Notes under the pieces: generated by a model
Seen by the model: only the letters and a program-made list of their open reading frames with translations
What the model was told of the DNA's origin: nothing
Database searches by the model: none
Program-made: the position numbers and the translations under genes
Assembly: GCF_001194135.2 (NCBI RefSeq)
Contig: NC_068991.1
Span: 42,272,506 to 42,336,505, forward strand
Source of the DNA: Octopus bimaculoides
Lineage: Eukaryota
Length of the DNA: 64,000 nucleotides
Direction: 5' to 3'
In this document: piece by piece, positions 14,180 to 24,503 of the stretch
Numbering within the stretch: position 1 is the first letter of the stretch
Layout of the letters: each line of letters starts with the position of its first letter

Positions 14180-14293
14180 CTGGGCAACATAACCCCGTTT
14201 ACCAGGAAGAATTTTGGTCTTTATATTCAACTCATATTTAAAGTATCCCTTTTGCATTGCTTCATTCCATTTTTCAATAATTATTTTATCAAA
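14180..14293 (-). CDS. GDPGP1: GDPGP1 coding exon 2 (FDKIIIEKWNEAMQKGYFKYELNIKTKILPGKRGYVAQ)
   Basis: cattttAG acceptor, CAG|GTAAGT donor, 114 nt open frame. FD...W......F.Y.L...T.ILPG..G.VAQ is the conserved GDPGP1/VTC2-family segment. Confidence 0.95.
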
Positions 14294-14563
14294 CTAAAAT
14301 GAAAGAAGTGGAAAATTCCAATATGTAAGAAATATTTGCAAATATCTCCTTACACACTTCAGTGGTTATTCAATTGTAGCTGATAACAGTGATTGAAACC
14401 TATGGAAACATTGGTTTAGAGCAGGTATGGGTAACCTTTCTTGAAAAGCAGATCACACAAGACATGGTTCATCATCAGGTATGCCACACTGCAAAAAAGT
14501 TTTAGGTAATTTTGGGCTAGGTATGCCATTCAGAAAGTACTTAAGGTGCAGTTTGCCCAATGA

Positions 14564-14616
<53 letters not shown>

Positions 14617-14629
14617 TGATGATGATCAT

Positions 14630-14930
14630 CATCATCATCATCATCATCGTCGTCTAAGGTCCGCTTTCCATGCTGGCATGGGTTGGACAATTTGACTGAG
14701 GACTGGCAAACCAGATGGCTGCACGAGGCTCCAATCTGATCTGGCAGAGTTTCTACAGCTGGATGCCCTTCCTAACGCCAGCCACTCCGAGAGTGTAGTG
14801 GGTGCTTTTATGTGCCAGCGGTAGGAGGGCCAGTCAGACAGTACTGACAATGGCCACACTCAAATGGTGTTTTTTACATGCCACCTGCACAGGAGCCAGT
14901 CCAGCAGCACTGGCAACAACCTCGCTCCTA
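14630..14930 (-). mobile_element. RTE-tailed SINE / RTE 3' end ((CAT)n...gtccgctttccatgctggcatggg)
   Basis: Shares the 3' end with the RTE at 1-1812. Other copies near 8000, 8900, 11020, 11690, 16335, 22960, 23400, 32475, 32920, 34170, 34345, 46700, 49410, 53395, 55870, 60580 and 62050. Confidence 0.8.
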
Positions 14931-15382
14931 TTTGCCTGATACAAAAAACAGCAGTCTGGCACTGTACATACAAGCATTCAGTGTGAGAAAGAATTAAATA
15001 CTATGAAAAGAAATATGGGAATAAGTAGTGCTTTTGAGCTCCAAACTTACACTGACTTAAATCCTACTGGAATCAGAACAGCTAACACTATAGTTTTATG
15101 TCACTACACTGGACTATACTAAAATACAAGTCTAGAATATATTGAAGTTATAGTGTTCTAGTATTTTATTTTTATTTATTCCATACAACTGTTTACAACA
15201 ACAGGAATTGTAGCAGCAGAGACATCTAGAAAATGTCTCAGCAGAGTGCTAATCAGCAGAAAAGTCTCTTAACAAACAATTTGTTTGCCAAACAAGTTAT
15301 CCTGAAACAATTGATTCTTCAAGTAATTTGACTTTAAGAAATCTATAGAATACTCTATAATTATTTTACTTTCAAAACTTAC

Positions 15383-15463
15383 CTTACTTAATGGTATTTC
15401 TTTATATTCTGAACAACCAGGAAGACTCCAATGAAATTCTTGAGGGTTGTAAATGAATTCCAT
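15383..15463 (-). CDS. GDPGP1: GDPGP1 coding exon 1 (MEFIYNPQEFHWSLPGCSEYKEIPLSK)
   Basis: ATG at 15463-15461, 17 nt after a ttttacAG acceptor (exon starts 15480, so an upstream non-coding exon is implied). Ends at AAG|GTAAGT donor, 81 nt, phase 0. Joins to give SK|FD, matching the GDPGP1 N-terminal F(V/I)Y...S.FD pattern. Confidence 0.85.
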
Positions 15464-16878
15464 CAATCTTTAAGAAAATGCTGTAAAAAGTTTCCAATTT
15501 TAAAAATATTTCAAACAAAATTACACATCTATTAAAAAGGGGGAAAGTTGGTAGAATGATAAGGTACCAAATTAAATGCTTTACAATATTTCAGTCTGTC
15601 TCTTTAATTTCTGATTTTAGATCTTCCAAAATAAATTGGAAACTTTTGGCCACCTGTAAGATTTAACAGGATTAATAAATAACCTATGTGATTTGGCTGT
15701 GATCCTGCTACAGATTTGGATTTGATTGCCTATGTTCAGTTCACTGCAGGACAAAAGGTTTCAGCATATTCTCTCCACCAATCACAGTCTGATGTGGAGG
15801 CTGTGAATTTGAGCTTGAGATCATACTGATTTGATAAGCCTAGTGCCACATTGGCTTAACATGGCTTGAGAGAAGGATACAGTTTTTATACTCCTACCTA
15901 AGAGTAATTAACGCGATTACATTGATCCCCAGTGCTCAACTGATACTTATTTTATTAACCTTGAAAAGATGAGAGGCAAGAATTGGAACTCCGAATGTAA
16001 GGATGGATGAAATACCGCTAAGCATTTCAACCAGCATGCAAACAATTCTGCCAGTTCAATTTATAGACTGGTAAATCAGATTGTAATCTTTTTATCGTTT
16101 AGCTTGTTTTGGCATTTTGAAATATTTGCTCTGTTTCCAGATATAAAGACACCAACTTTGTTATAAATTAGCTATGATTAACCCTGAATTCACATATATT
16201 GGCACTGAAAAAGTTACTCTTGGTAGCTATTTGGTCATTGGGACTGGATATATATATGCAGCTAATTTCAGAATCTTTTGTAGTAGGTACTCTAATAATG
16301 TAACAAAGTGTAGGGTGAGATTTGGCATTGTAATCATCATCATCATTGTTTAACGTCCGCTTTCCATGCTAGCATGGGTTGGACGATTTGACTGAGGACT
16401 GGTGAACCGGATGGCTGCACCAGGCTCCAATCTGATCTGGCAGATTTTCTACAGCTGGATGCCCTTCCTAATGCCAACCATTCCGAGAGTGTAGTGGGTG
16501 CTTTTATGTGCCACTGCCATGAGGGCCAGTCACATGGTACTGGCAACGGCCACGCTCAAAATAGTGTTTTTTATGTGCCACCTGCACAGAAGCCAGTCCA
16601 GCGGCACTGGCAATGACCTCACTCGAATGATTTTCTAACGTGCCACCGGCACAAGTGCCAGTAAGGCGACGCTGGTAACGATCATGCTCAAATGGTATTA
16701 TTTATGGGCCACTAGCACGGAAGCCAGACAGCTGCCCTGGCAATGGTCACACTCGGACAGTGCTGTTCGTGTTCCACTGGCACAGGTGCCAGTCATCGAA
16801 TATGGGTTGTAATGAACTGTTTGATATTGTTGACACTACACACTAGAGATGATTGTCATATTCCTTTCAATATATGGC

Positions 16879-16923
<45 letters not shown>

Positions 16924-17614
16924 CAGTGTTGGTGGTGGTGAATGGCCTCTTAAACTAGATTCAAAATATAATGTGCGGCCTCATAAATTGTCCTTCACAG
17001 CACAGATCAATTTACTAAAGCAAAGTGACATGCATCAAAATAAAAAGACAAAAATAACTGTAGTGACATTTTTGTTCTAAGCTATGTGACCATTCTTGCT
17101 CTTCTCAATGAGAGAGGGGGAGAGAGAGAGACTATCATAAAAACTAACATAGAGAAATGTTCAAAATATACACTGAAATGCAAACGTAAATGTCTCCAAA
17201 TGAAGAGGGCTTTATAAAGGACTGGTGTAGGTTTTTCATTCAATTGCTTTAATACTGGTACTATGGCTGTAATAGGCTTGCCACCTTCTTATAGGTACAT
17301 TTCCCAAAAGATTTCATACCTGACAGCTAGATGAACAGATATGTGTAAAATTAAACATCTTTTCCAAGTTTACAACAAAAGACATCAAAATTTGACCTCA
17401 AAATCTATAAGCTTGTAGTCAGTTGCTTATTTTGCCTATCAAAATGTATTGAAGGTTTAAGAAGGCTTCAGATTCTTCTCAATCAGAGATTACTTTTCAT
17501 TCTCTACAGTTGAAATTATTAGCATATCGGTTCTCAATAAAGCAAAGTTGATTGCCATTCTCACTGTGGATTATAACTTCCAGTCCTCTATGAACTTTTC
17601 AGAGACATATCATG

Positions 17615-17990
17615 AGGTGCAGGCATGGCTTCCCAAACATGTGATTCTGGGTTCAGTCCCACTATGTGGAACCTTGGGCAAGTGTCTTCTGCTATGGCCT
17701 CAGGCTGACCAAAGCCTTGTGAGTAGATTTTGTAGAAGGAATGTCAAAGAAGCCCGTCATGTGTGTGTGTTTGTTTGTGTCTGCACCTGTGCCCCACCAC
17801 CGCTTGACAACTGGTGTTGGTGTGTTTATGTCCTATTAACTTAGCTGTTCAGTAAAAAAGATCAATAGAATAAGTACAAGACTTGGAAAAAAAAAAAGTA
17901 CTAAGTACTTGGGTCAATTCATTCAACTAAAATTTTTCACGGCAGTGCTCCAGCATAGCCACAGCCTAATGACTGAAACAAGATAAAAGA
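17615..17990 (+). mobile_element. tRNA-derived SINE with (TG)n core
   Basis: gcatggct...gggttcagtcccact head, ttgggcaagtgtcttct...ccaaagccttgtgagt body, aagataaaagat tail. Related copies near 10070, 13680, 22183, 24985, 30100, 47600, 49570 and 52400. Confidence 0.75.
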
Positions 17991-19883
17991 TACACACGCA
18001 CACTTTCTCTTCCTCCCTCTCTCTCTGGCCTATACTTTCCATTTCCTTTATCTTCTTGCTTTGTTTTATACAGTAATGTCTCAATATATGAATTAATTTC
18101 TTCTAGATACTGCTCGAAAAGTGAAAACTTACACAGCAGAGCAATAATTTCCCACAGCAGCAATGTATTAAATTGTAATTCGTTTCCAGAAAAATATTTT
18201 ACCTATAAAATTTATAATACTCATAGATAAATGGCAATGAAACAACAGTGGAATGTAAAGAATATTTTATATAAAGTAAAAAGAATGTCAAGATCATTTA
18301 TAATAAAAAAATATCTATTTCTTTATTGCCTACAGGGGGCAAGAAATAGAGGAGACAAACATGGACAGACAAAAGGATTAAGTCGATTACATTGACCCCC
18401 ATGTGTAACTGGCACTTATTTAATCAACCCTGAAAGGATGAAAGGCAAAGTCAACCTTGGCGGAATTTGAACTCAGAACCTAACAGCAGACAAAATACCA
18501 CTAAGTATTTCGCCTGGTATGTTAATAATTCTGCCAGCTCGCCGCCCTAAAAGAATAAAAAATATTATTATTATAATCGTTTTCTGAATCACTTTCAGTC
18601 ACACAAGACTTGCACACACCATCACTTGTAGATGCAATCGCTGCTTTGTAAGCACTCATAGATAGACTTGTAGATTTCTTTTCAAAAATAAGTCTAGAGT
18701 TGTTTGCTTAGAAGAAGCTTCTTTTCCCTCTATAAATTTCTCAGTAACATGCAGAAGCATTTGTTATGGTAGTTGAAAATTTTGCACTCTGCTCAAAATT
18801 TGGATCTTGTGCTATAAAATAAAACTTGTAAATCCAGGTTTTGTAAAGTGAGGTATTACTGTACTTTCTCTTTCTTTTATCTCTCTCTGTCACTCTCTGC
18901 CACATCTCTTTCACCATTATAATACTACCAACATTTTTCAAGCTTCCCTTTCTCATTCTCCTTCTCTATTATCTGCTTCACAATTAATCTCATTGTTAAT
19001 CCCAGCTTGATATTATGAAATAGTATCGGAAGTCCTCATCTTATTCCACCTCCACTTCTCATCTTTTATTTATCTATCTCCACTCTTCATTAAAAGCACA
19101 GCCACTCCTGCCATTGTTCTTTATTGTCTTGTACTTGTTACTGTTGTTGTTGTTGTTGTCCTCCAGATACTACTCTAATCATTTTAACCTCTCTTACTGT
19201 GATCCTCTTTCATTTCATCAGGAACTTTAAATATCACTATAAAATCGTTTTATGACAAAAGTGATAAATGTCAACCTTACAAAATTTCAACACAGTTTTA
19301 CAATGATGCAATATTTTCACATGTGAATGCATAGAATGTCATTAAACCTGTAACACTTTTAAGAGTGCAGCAAAAGTTAGTGCATCATGTTTGTAGATCT
19401 AGCATATGGTCAAAACAAAGATTTTGAAAGATTCCTCAAAAACCAGAAAGTATATCAAGTGCAAGAACTGACAGAGAAAGTTAAATTATCTCAAGAAGAC
19501 AATCCTCTATGTAAATTATTTTAGATTACTGCAAAAATGTGCATTGAAATGGTTCGTTAAATTAATGAAAAAGAACCATAGTTTCAGTCTTTAAGATGTC
19601 ATGTTCATGGTGCAGAATAATCTTATTACAGTGAAATTACAAAGTTATAAACAAGATGATATATATAAAAGCAATAGATGCATCAAGCAGTGTGGCAAAT
19701 GCAAAAGCTGCAAGTGTTCCATTGACAGGTAGCACAACAGATGGTATGGAAGTCAAACAGATGAAAGAATAAACATTATTTATTAAGAGCGGTGTAGTTC
19801 GCTTGAAGCATTGTAGTACCAAAGAAGGGAAAGAAAAGGGAAAATAAGAAAGCTCCTGACAATGTGGAAAGTTTTATAGAAAT

Positions 19884-19919
19884 CTTTATATTTCAGGCAC
19901 AAAGGCCCATCTTCAGAAA
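19884..19919 (-). ncRNA. Minimal type I hammerhead ribozyme motif (palindromic stem III)
   Basis: Minus strand UUU CUGAAGA U GGGC cuuugu GCCU GAAA UAU A AAG. Core intact, stem II 4 bp (one G.U), stem III AUAU, stem I only 3 bp. Confidence 0.5.
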
Positions 19920-20009
19920 GAAACAGTCTGGGAACTGTCCAGTTACACAGGTTCAGGAGTCTGTGTAGGGTAACAGAACCTGTGTAACTGGACACTTCCC
20001 AGACTCTTT

Positions 20010-20047
20010 CCTTCTGAAGATGAGCCTTAGCACCTGAAATTTAAAGG
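20010..20047 (+). ncRNA. Decayed minimal type I hammerhead motif (inverted partner of 19884-19919)
   Basis: CCUU CUGAAGA ugagccuuagcaccu GAAA UUU A AAGG. Core strings and 4-bp stem I present; stems II and III disrupted. Confidence 0.4.
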
Positions 20048-20626
20048 TTTTGTAAAACTTTCTACATTGTCAGAAGCTTTCTTATTTTCCCTTTTCTTTC
20101 CCTATTATTTACCATTTTGTATTTTGTATTTTATCTGAAAATATTTTGTTAATAAACTAAAAATAGCTAATTTATATAAAATAACTTCCACCTTTTCATT
20201 CATTTTATGGTATTTTTCTTCTACAATGTTCATTTTTAAATATAATTTCAAGAATTACATGCTATCCCTATATTTTTTCTTTTATTTGTAATGAAAATAG
20301 TTAACTGATAGATAAACTTTCAAAATATACCAGTTCATCTCTTCTTTATTCGTCCTTAAATATGAATTTTATAAGTATTACCTGAAAAACTGGACCAATT
20401 CAATCCCTAAACAGTTCAGATTTCTACTGTAGTTCTGTGTCTAATCCAGTATTACTATATTTGCTAGATTTCCACATCAATGGGGGTCTAAAAGTTTTGT
20501 TCTTGCATGGCTAAATTGCTGATTTTCTTCAGCCAATGGAGTCTAGGTAGCCTCCCAAAGCAGTACTTCATGAAGGTCTAGATCTTTAGGGTCGCTTTTG
20601 TATATCACACTATCCAAACCCTAATA

Positions 20627-20844
20627 TTGGGTTGCCCGGGAAGTTCGTGCCGATTTTTAAAGGAAAGAAAAAGGTCAATAAATACTTGCCATTACATTTT
20701 TAATCAACCAAATATGAACCATTTTGTTGCACAATGCATCTCCATCTTTCCTTTAACTTGAAAATCCCCTCTTGAGGTGGTTTCATGGCAAATAAGTCAT
20801 AAAGTAAGCTACTATAAATCGGCACAAACTTTCCGGACAACCCT

Positions 20845-20847
<3 letters not shown>
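20627..20847. mobile_element. Mariner-type MITE (second family)
   Basis: TIRs ttgggttgcccgggaagttcgtgccgattt / aaatcggcacaaactttccggacaaccct, TA-flanked. Confidence 0.8.
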
Positions 20848-20883
<36 letters not shown>

Positions 20884-21083
20884 TAAATGTGAAATACACA
20901 TACATTAATTTATTTATTTATTCTGTCTAAATGTAAAATGTAAAATATTCTGTCATAAACGTAAAATACACATCCATTAATTTCTTTATTCTGCATGGGT
21001 TGGACAAGATAATACATACAGGTTCCAAGTAGTTTCACACTCATTACTCTCTGTGCATAAAGCAGACATGATACGGACTGCAC

Positions 21084-21623
21084 TAGTGGTTCTCAACTGG
21101 GATCCATATAAGATTTTGCAGTTATAATTTATATACAATAAATTGATTTTACTTCTACAATGCACAAAAATATTTGAACAATTTTTTTAATGCAATTTCT
21201 AATAATATTTAATAATAAAAATATAACAGGATTTTTTTAAACACTGAATGGCTATGAAGGTCTACCCAAGCAAAATAGAAATCAAAACACACCAACACCA
21301 GTTGTTAAGCGGTGGTGGGGCACAGGTGCAGACACAAACAAACACACACACATGACGGGCTTCTTTGACATTCCTTCTACAAAATCTACTCACAAGGCTT
21401 TGGTCAGCCTGAGGCCATAGCAGAAGACACTTGCCCAAGGTTCCACATAGTGGGACTGAACCCAGAATCACATGTTTGGGAAGCCATGCCTGCACCTCAT
21501 GATATGTCTCTGAAAAGTTCATAGAGGACTGGAAGTTATAATCCACAGTGAGAATGGCAATCAACTTTGCTTTATCGAGAACCGATATGCTAATAATTGG
21601 ACCCTTTTGATTGAGAACCACTG
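21084..21623. mobile_element. hAT-like MITE containing an inserted ~313-bp inverted copy of 17514-17826
   Basis: Termini tAGTGGTTCTCAA / TTGAGAACCACTG; flanking 8-mers gactgcac / cactacac (6/8, degenerate TSD). Confidence 0.65.
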
Positions 21624-22075
21624 CACTACACCATAGAGTCACCTACATACATGCAGGAATACATCAATGATGTAAATGCTTCCAAATTTCCAATCATTAA
21701 GTGAGAGATCATGAAGTGTGAAGCAAATTCACATACAAGTAGTGTTATAAACGGCAGTTATATTCTCAATTGTAACAACTATTATGACTATTCCAAGATT
21801 GTCATGGTTATTCATTAAATTTTCCAGTAATTGTACCATGAAGTGTGATAAGGTAATCTAATTACAATGATAAAGTTTTAGTTCTGAAATCTCTCTAAGA
21901 GATCAACATAGTAGTTGTACTAACAAGTAATGTTTGTAGCCACTTCAACATGGCTGTCTGTTCAAACGGACTTTACTGCAATTTTTTAACCCCAAGAGAA
22001 CATCTACTCTAGCTGGTTAATGATGCACAGCAGCATTCAAGATATTGCAAACAGGGGAGCAAACCCCTACCACCT

Positions 22076-22155
22076 TCTAGCAATGGGACCAGCAGACCAG
22101 CCTGGTTTCGGGCTATTTCTGCCTCTCTTCAGTTTTGGATACCCCATTTGCTAGA
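22076..22155 (-). ncRNA. Extended type I hammerhead ribozyme motif
   Basis: Minus strand UCUAGCAAAUGGG guau CCAAAA CUGAAGA G(A)GGC agaaaua GCCC GAAA CCA ggc UGG UC / UGCUGG u CCCAUUGCUAGA. Intact core, GUC site (cleavage between 22095 and 22094), distal stem I 12 bp with one bulge, two mismatches in proximal stem I. Confidence 0.65.
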
Positions 22156-23999
22156 GATGATAAAACTACAAACAATGAAAAGCAAGTGTTTTCTACTATA
22201 TAACCCGGGCTAACTAATACCTTGTGAATGGATTTGGTAGACAGAAACTGAAAGGAGCTGGTCTCATTCAGAAGTATACGCATATTGAGTTCTACACCAT
22301 GTTATTAGTACTGCAATATCTAAACGAGTAAAACACACACACGTGTGTGTCCCCTACACCCCACTGCTTAACAACTGGTGTTGATTTGTCTTGGTAACTT
22401 AGTGGTTCAGCAAAAAGAGTCAGATAGAATACCAGAATTTAAAAATGTATACTGGGGTAGAATTATGCTACATTATTAAAAATAAAATCAACCAGTAGTT
22501 AGCAACTACATATTTTAATGAGCAATGTTGTGTTAAAATAGAGTAGGTTAGTGATTGAAAGGGTGAATTACTATAAAAGTTTGAAAGATTGAAAGAATAG
22601 CAGAGAGAACAAGAATACAATAAGTGCCTGATACCAACATGTAAACTGACTGAGTGATCAAATACTTACAAAGTCATTATCAAAACAGTTTGTGATAATT
22701 AAACTTTTAAAGTAATCATTAAGAATGTTTGGCACTTTATTTTGAGCAATTAACTCTTAAGTTTCCATTTCCATGGCTTTTGTAAAAGTATTTCTATCCT
22801 CCCCCTTAACTCTCTCCCACCTTCCTTGTCCTATAAGTGTAACCAAGTATCTCTTCTATAGTAAAACAGCTATCTCTGTCCCTCTATCATATTCTAACCT
22901 CTTTCCCAGCACATAACCACTTCCCTTGATCCCACTCCCTCTCTTAGCTAAGAGGTCTTTGTCTTATAAGTTACTTGGCATCCCCATGGGTGCTGTGCCA
23001 CAAAAAAGCACCTGTGCTGGTGCCACATAAAAAGCACTCATGCTGGTGTCACATATATAGCACCCATGCTGGTGCCACGTAAAAGGCACCCAGGCTGGTG
23101 TCACATAAAAAGAACTCATGCTGGTGTCACATAAAATGTACACAGTATACAGTACATTCTGTAAAGTGATTAATGTTAGGAGGAGCATCTAGCCATAAAA
23201 ACCATACAAGAACAGACATTGGAGCCTGGTGCAGTCCTCTGGCTTGCCAGCTCCTATCAAACCATCCAACCCATACCAGCATGGAAAATGGACGTTAAAT
23301 GATGATGATGGTGATGTTGGTGGTGGTGATGATGATGATGATGATGATGAAATTAAAATTAGATATTGTTAAGCAGGACCATCGTGTATGTGCATATGCA
23401 TAAACATCATTATCATTTTATGTCTTCTTTCTATGCTGGTATGAGTTGGGGGAGTCGTCCTGATCTGAGTCGCTGCCTTCTGGGAGTTACAACACCAAAA
23501 CACTAGGTGCTCATGAGTGTTTTATGACTTAGTTTCTATAGCTGGATGCCGTTTCTAATGCTAACCACTTTACAGTGTGAACAACGGGTGGGGTGATGCC
23601 TCGTACACAGTAAATGTAAATTCGGAGAAGGAATAATGACAACAGAGAGGCTAGAAGTGGTTATTAGGTAGTAGGGGAATGGGTATGAGTGTGCATTCAC
23701 AATTATAATGTTTAAATCTGTTAAATAAATAAAACTAATGTGCAAGTCTCCAGTTAAAAAATTTCCAATAATGATTTCTTACATTGGTACAATGGGAAAA
23801 AATTTGCAGGAGAAATTATTTATGCAATTGCCCCAAGTAGTTGTTTTGTATTCATTTTATTAATGTCAAAGAGATTTAAAATTAAAAAGTTGAGAGATGA
23901 AATTAAATACTGTTACTGCTATGTCAAATAATATTTTTTGTGATGCCAATCACATCTACATATTAAATACTGTTACTGTCACGTCAATACTTTTTGTGA

Positions 24000-24453
24000 T
24001 GCCAATCACATCTACATAGGAAGTAGTGATTAAGTTCGATTTCGTTTATTTTTTCAAGAGTCCTTCCACATAAACAAAAATTTAGCAGTAATATTTGTGG
24101 GTGAAGATTATACTTATATAGCGTGCAGCGTGTTTTCTTTGTTTTGTATTTGCAATGATAAAAAAATTAGTTAATTAAAAATAGACCTGGTTCGCTCGGA
24201 AGTACTGCAATTATTAGCAGCAGAGTTTGAAACTACTGTAGTTTGGCACAGAACACATTTACTGACGATGAGGTAAGGCCAGTCACTCTGACTGGCGAAA
24301 ATAACACGACTTAGCTTCCCAGTTCGGCTGGTTCGTGTATTCATCGCTTAATTTTGGCGTAAATGTTGCCCGAACTTTTAAATAACGCACGCAACATTTT
24401 CTGAACATGCTACGAATGCGTGCAGCAGCGGAAATACTTTCACAGCATTATCG

Positions 24454-24503
<50 letters not shown>

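Larger units (their letters stand above)
19826..20103. repeat. Imperfect palindrome (~129-bp arms, 21-nt spacer) carrying hammerhead motifs
   Basis: 19826-19954 vs reverse complement of 19976-20103. Confidence 0.85.

Noticed and set aside
17548-21642. Near-identical ORFs 17548-17844 (+) and 21262-21642 (-) as a duplicated small gene
   Set aside because: They are translations of the SINE-containing inverted duplication, with TTG starts and no coding signature.
24263-24305. CTGACGA ... GCCAGTCA-CTC-TGACTGGC GAAA, hammerhead-like
   Set aside because: Nine unpaired nt between the core and stem II; no stem III/NUH or stem I pairing.
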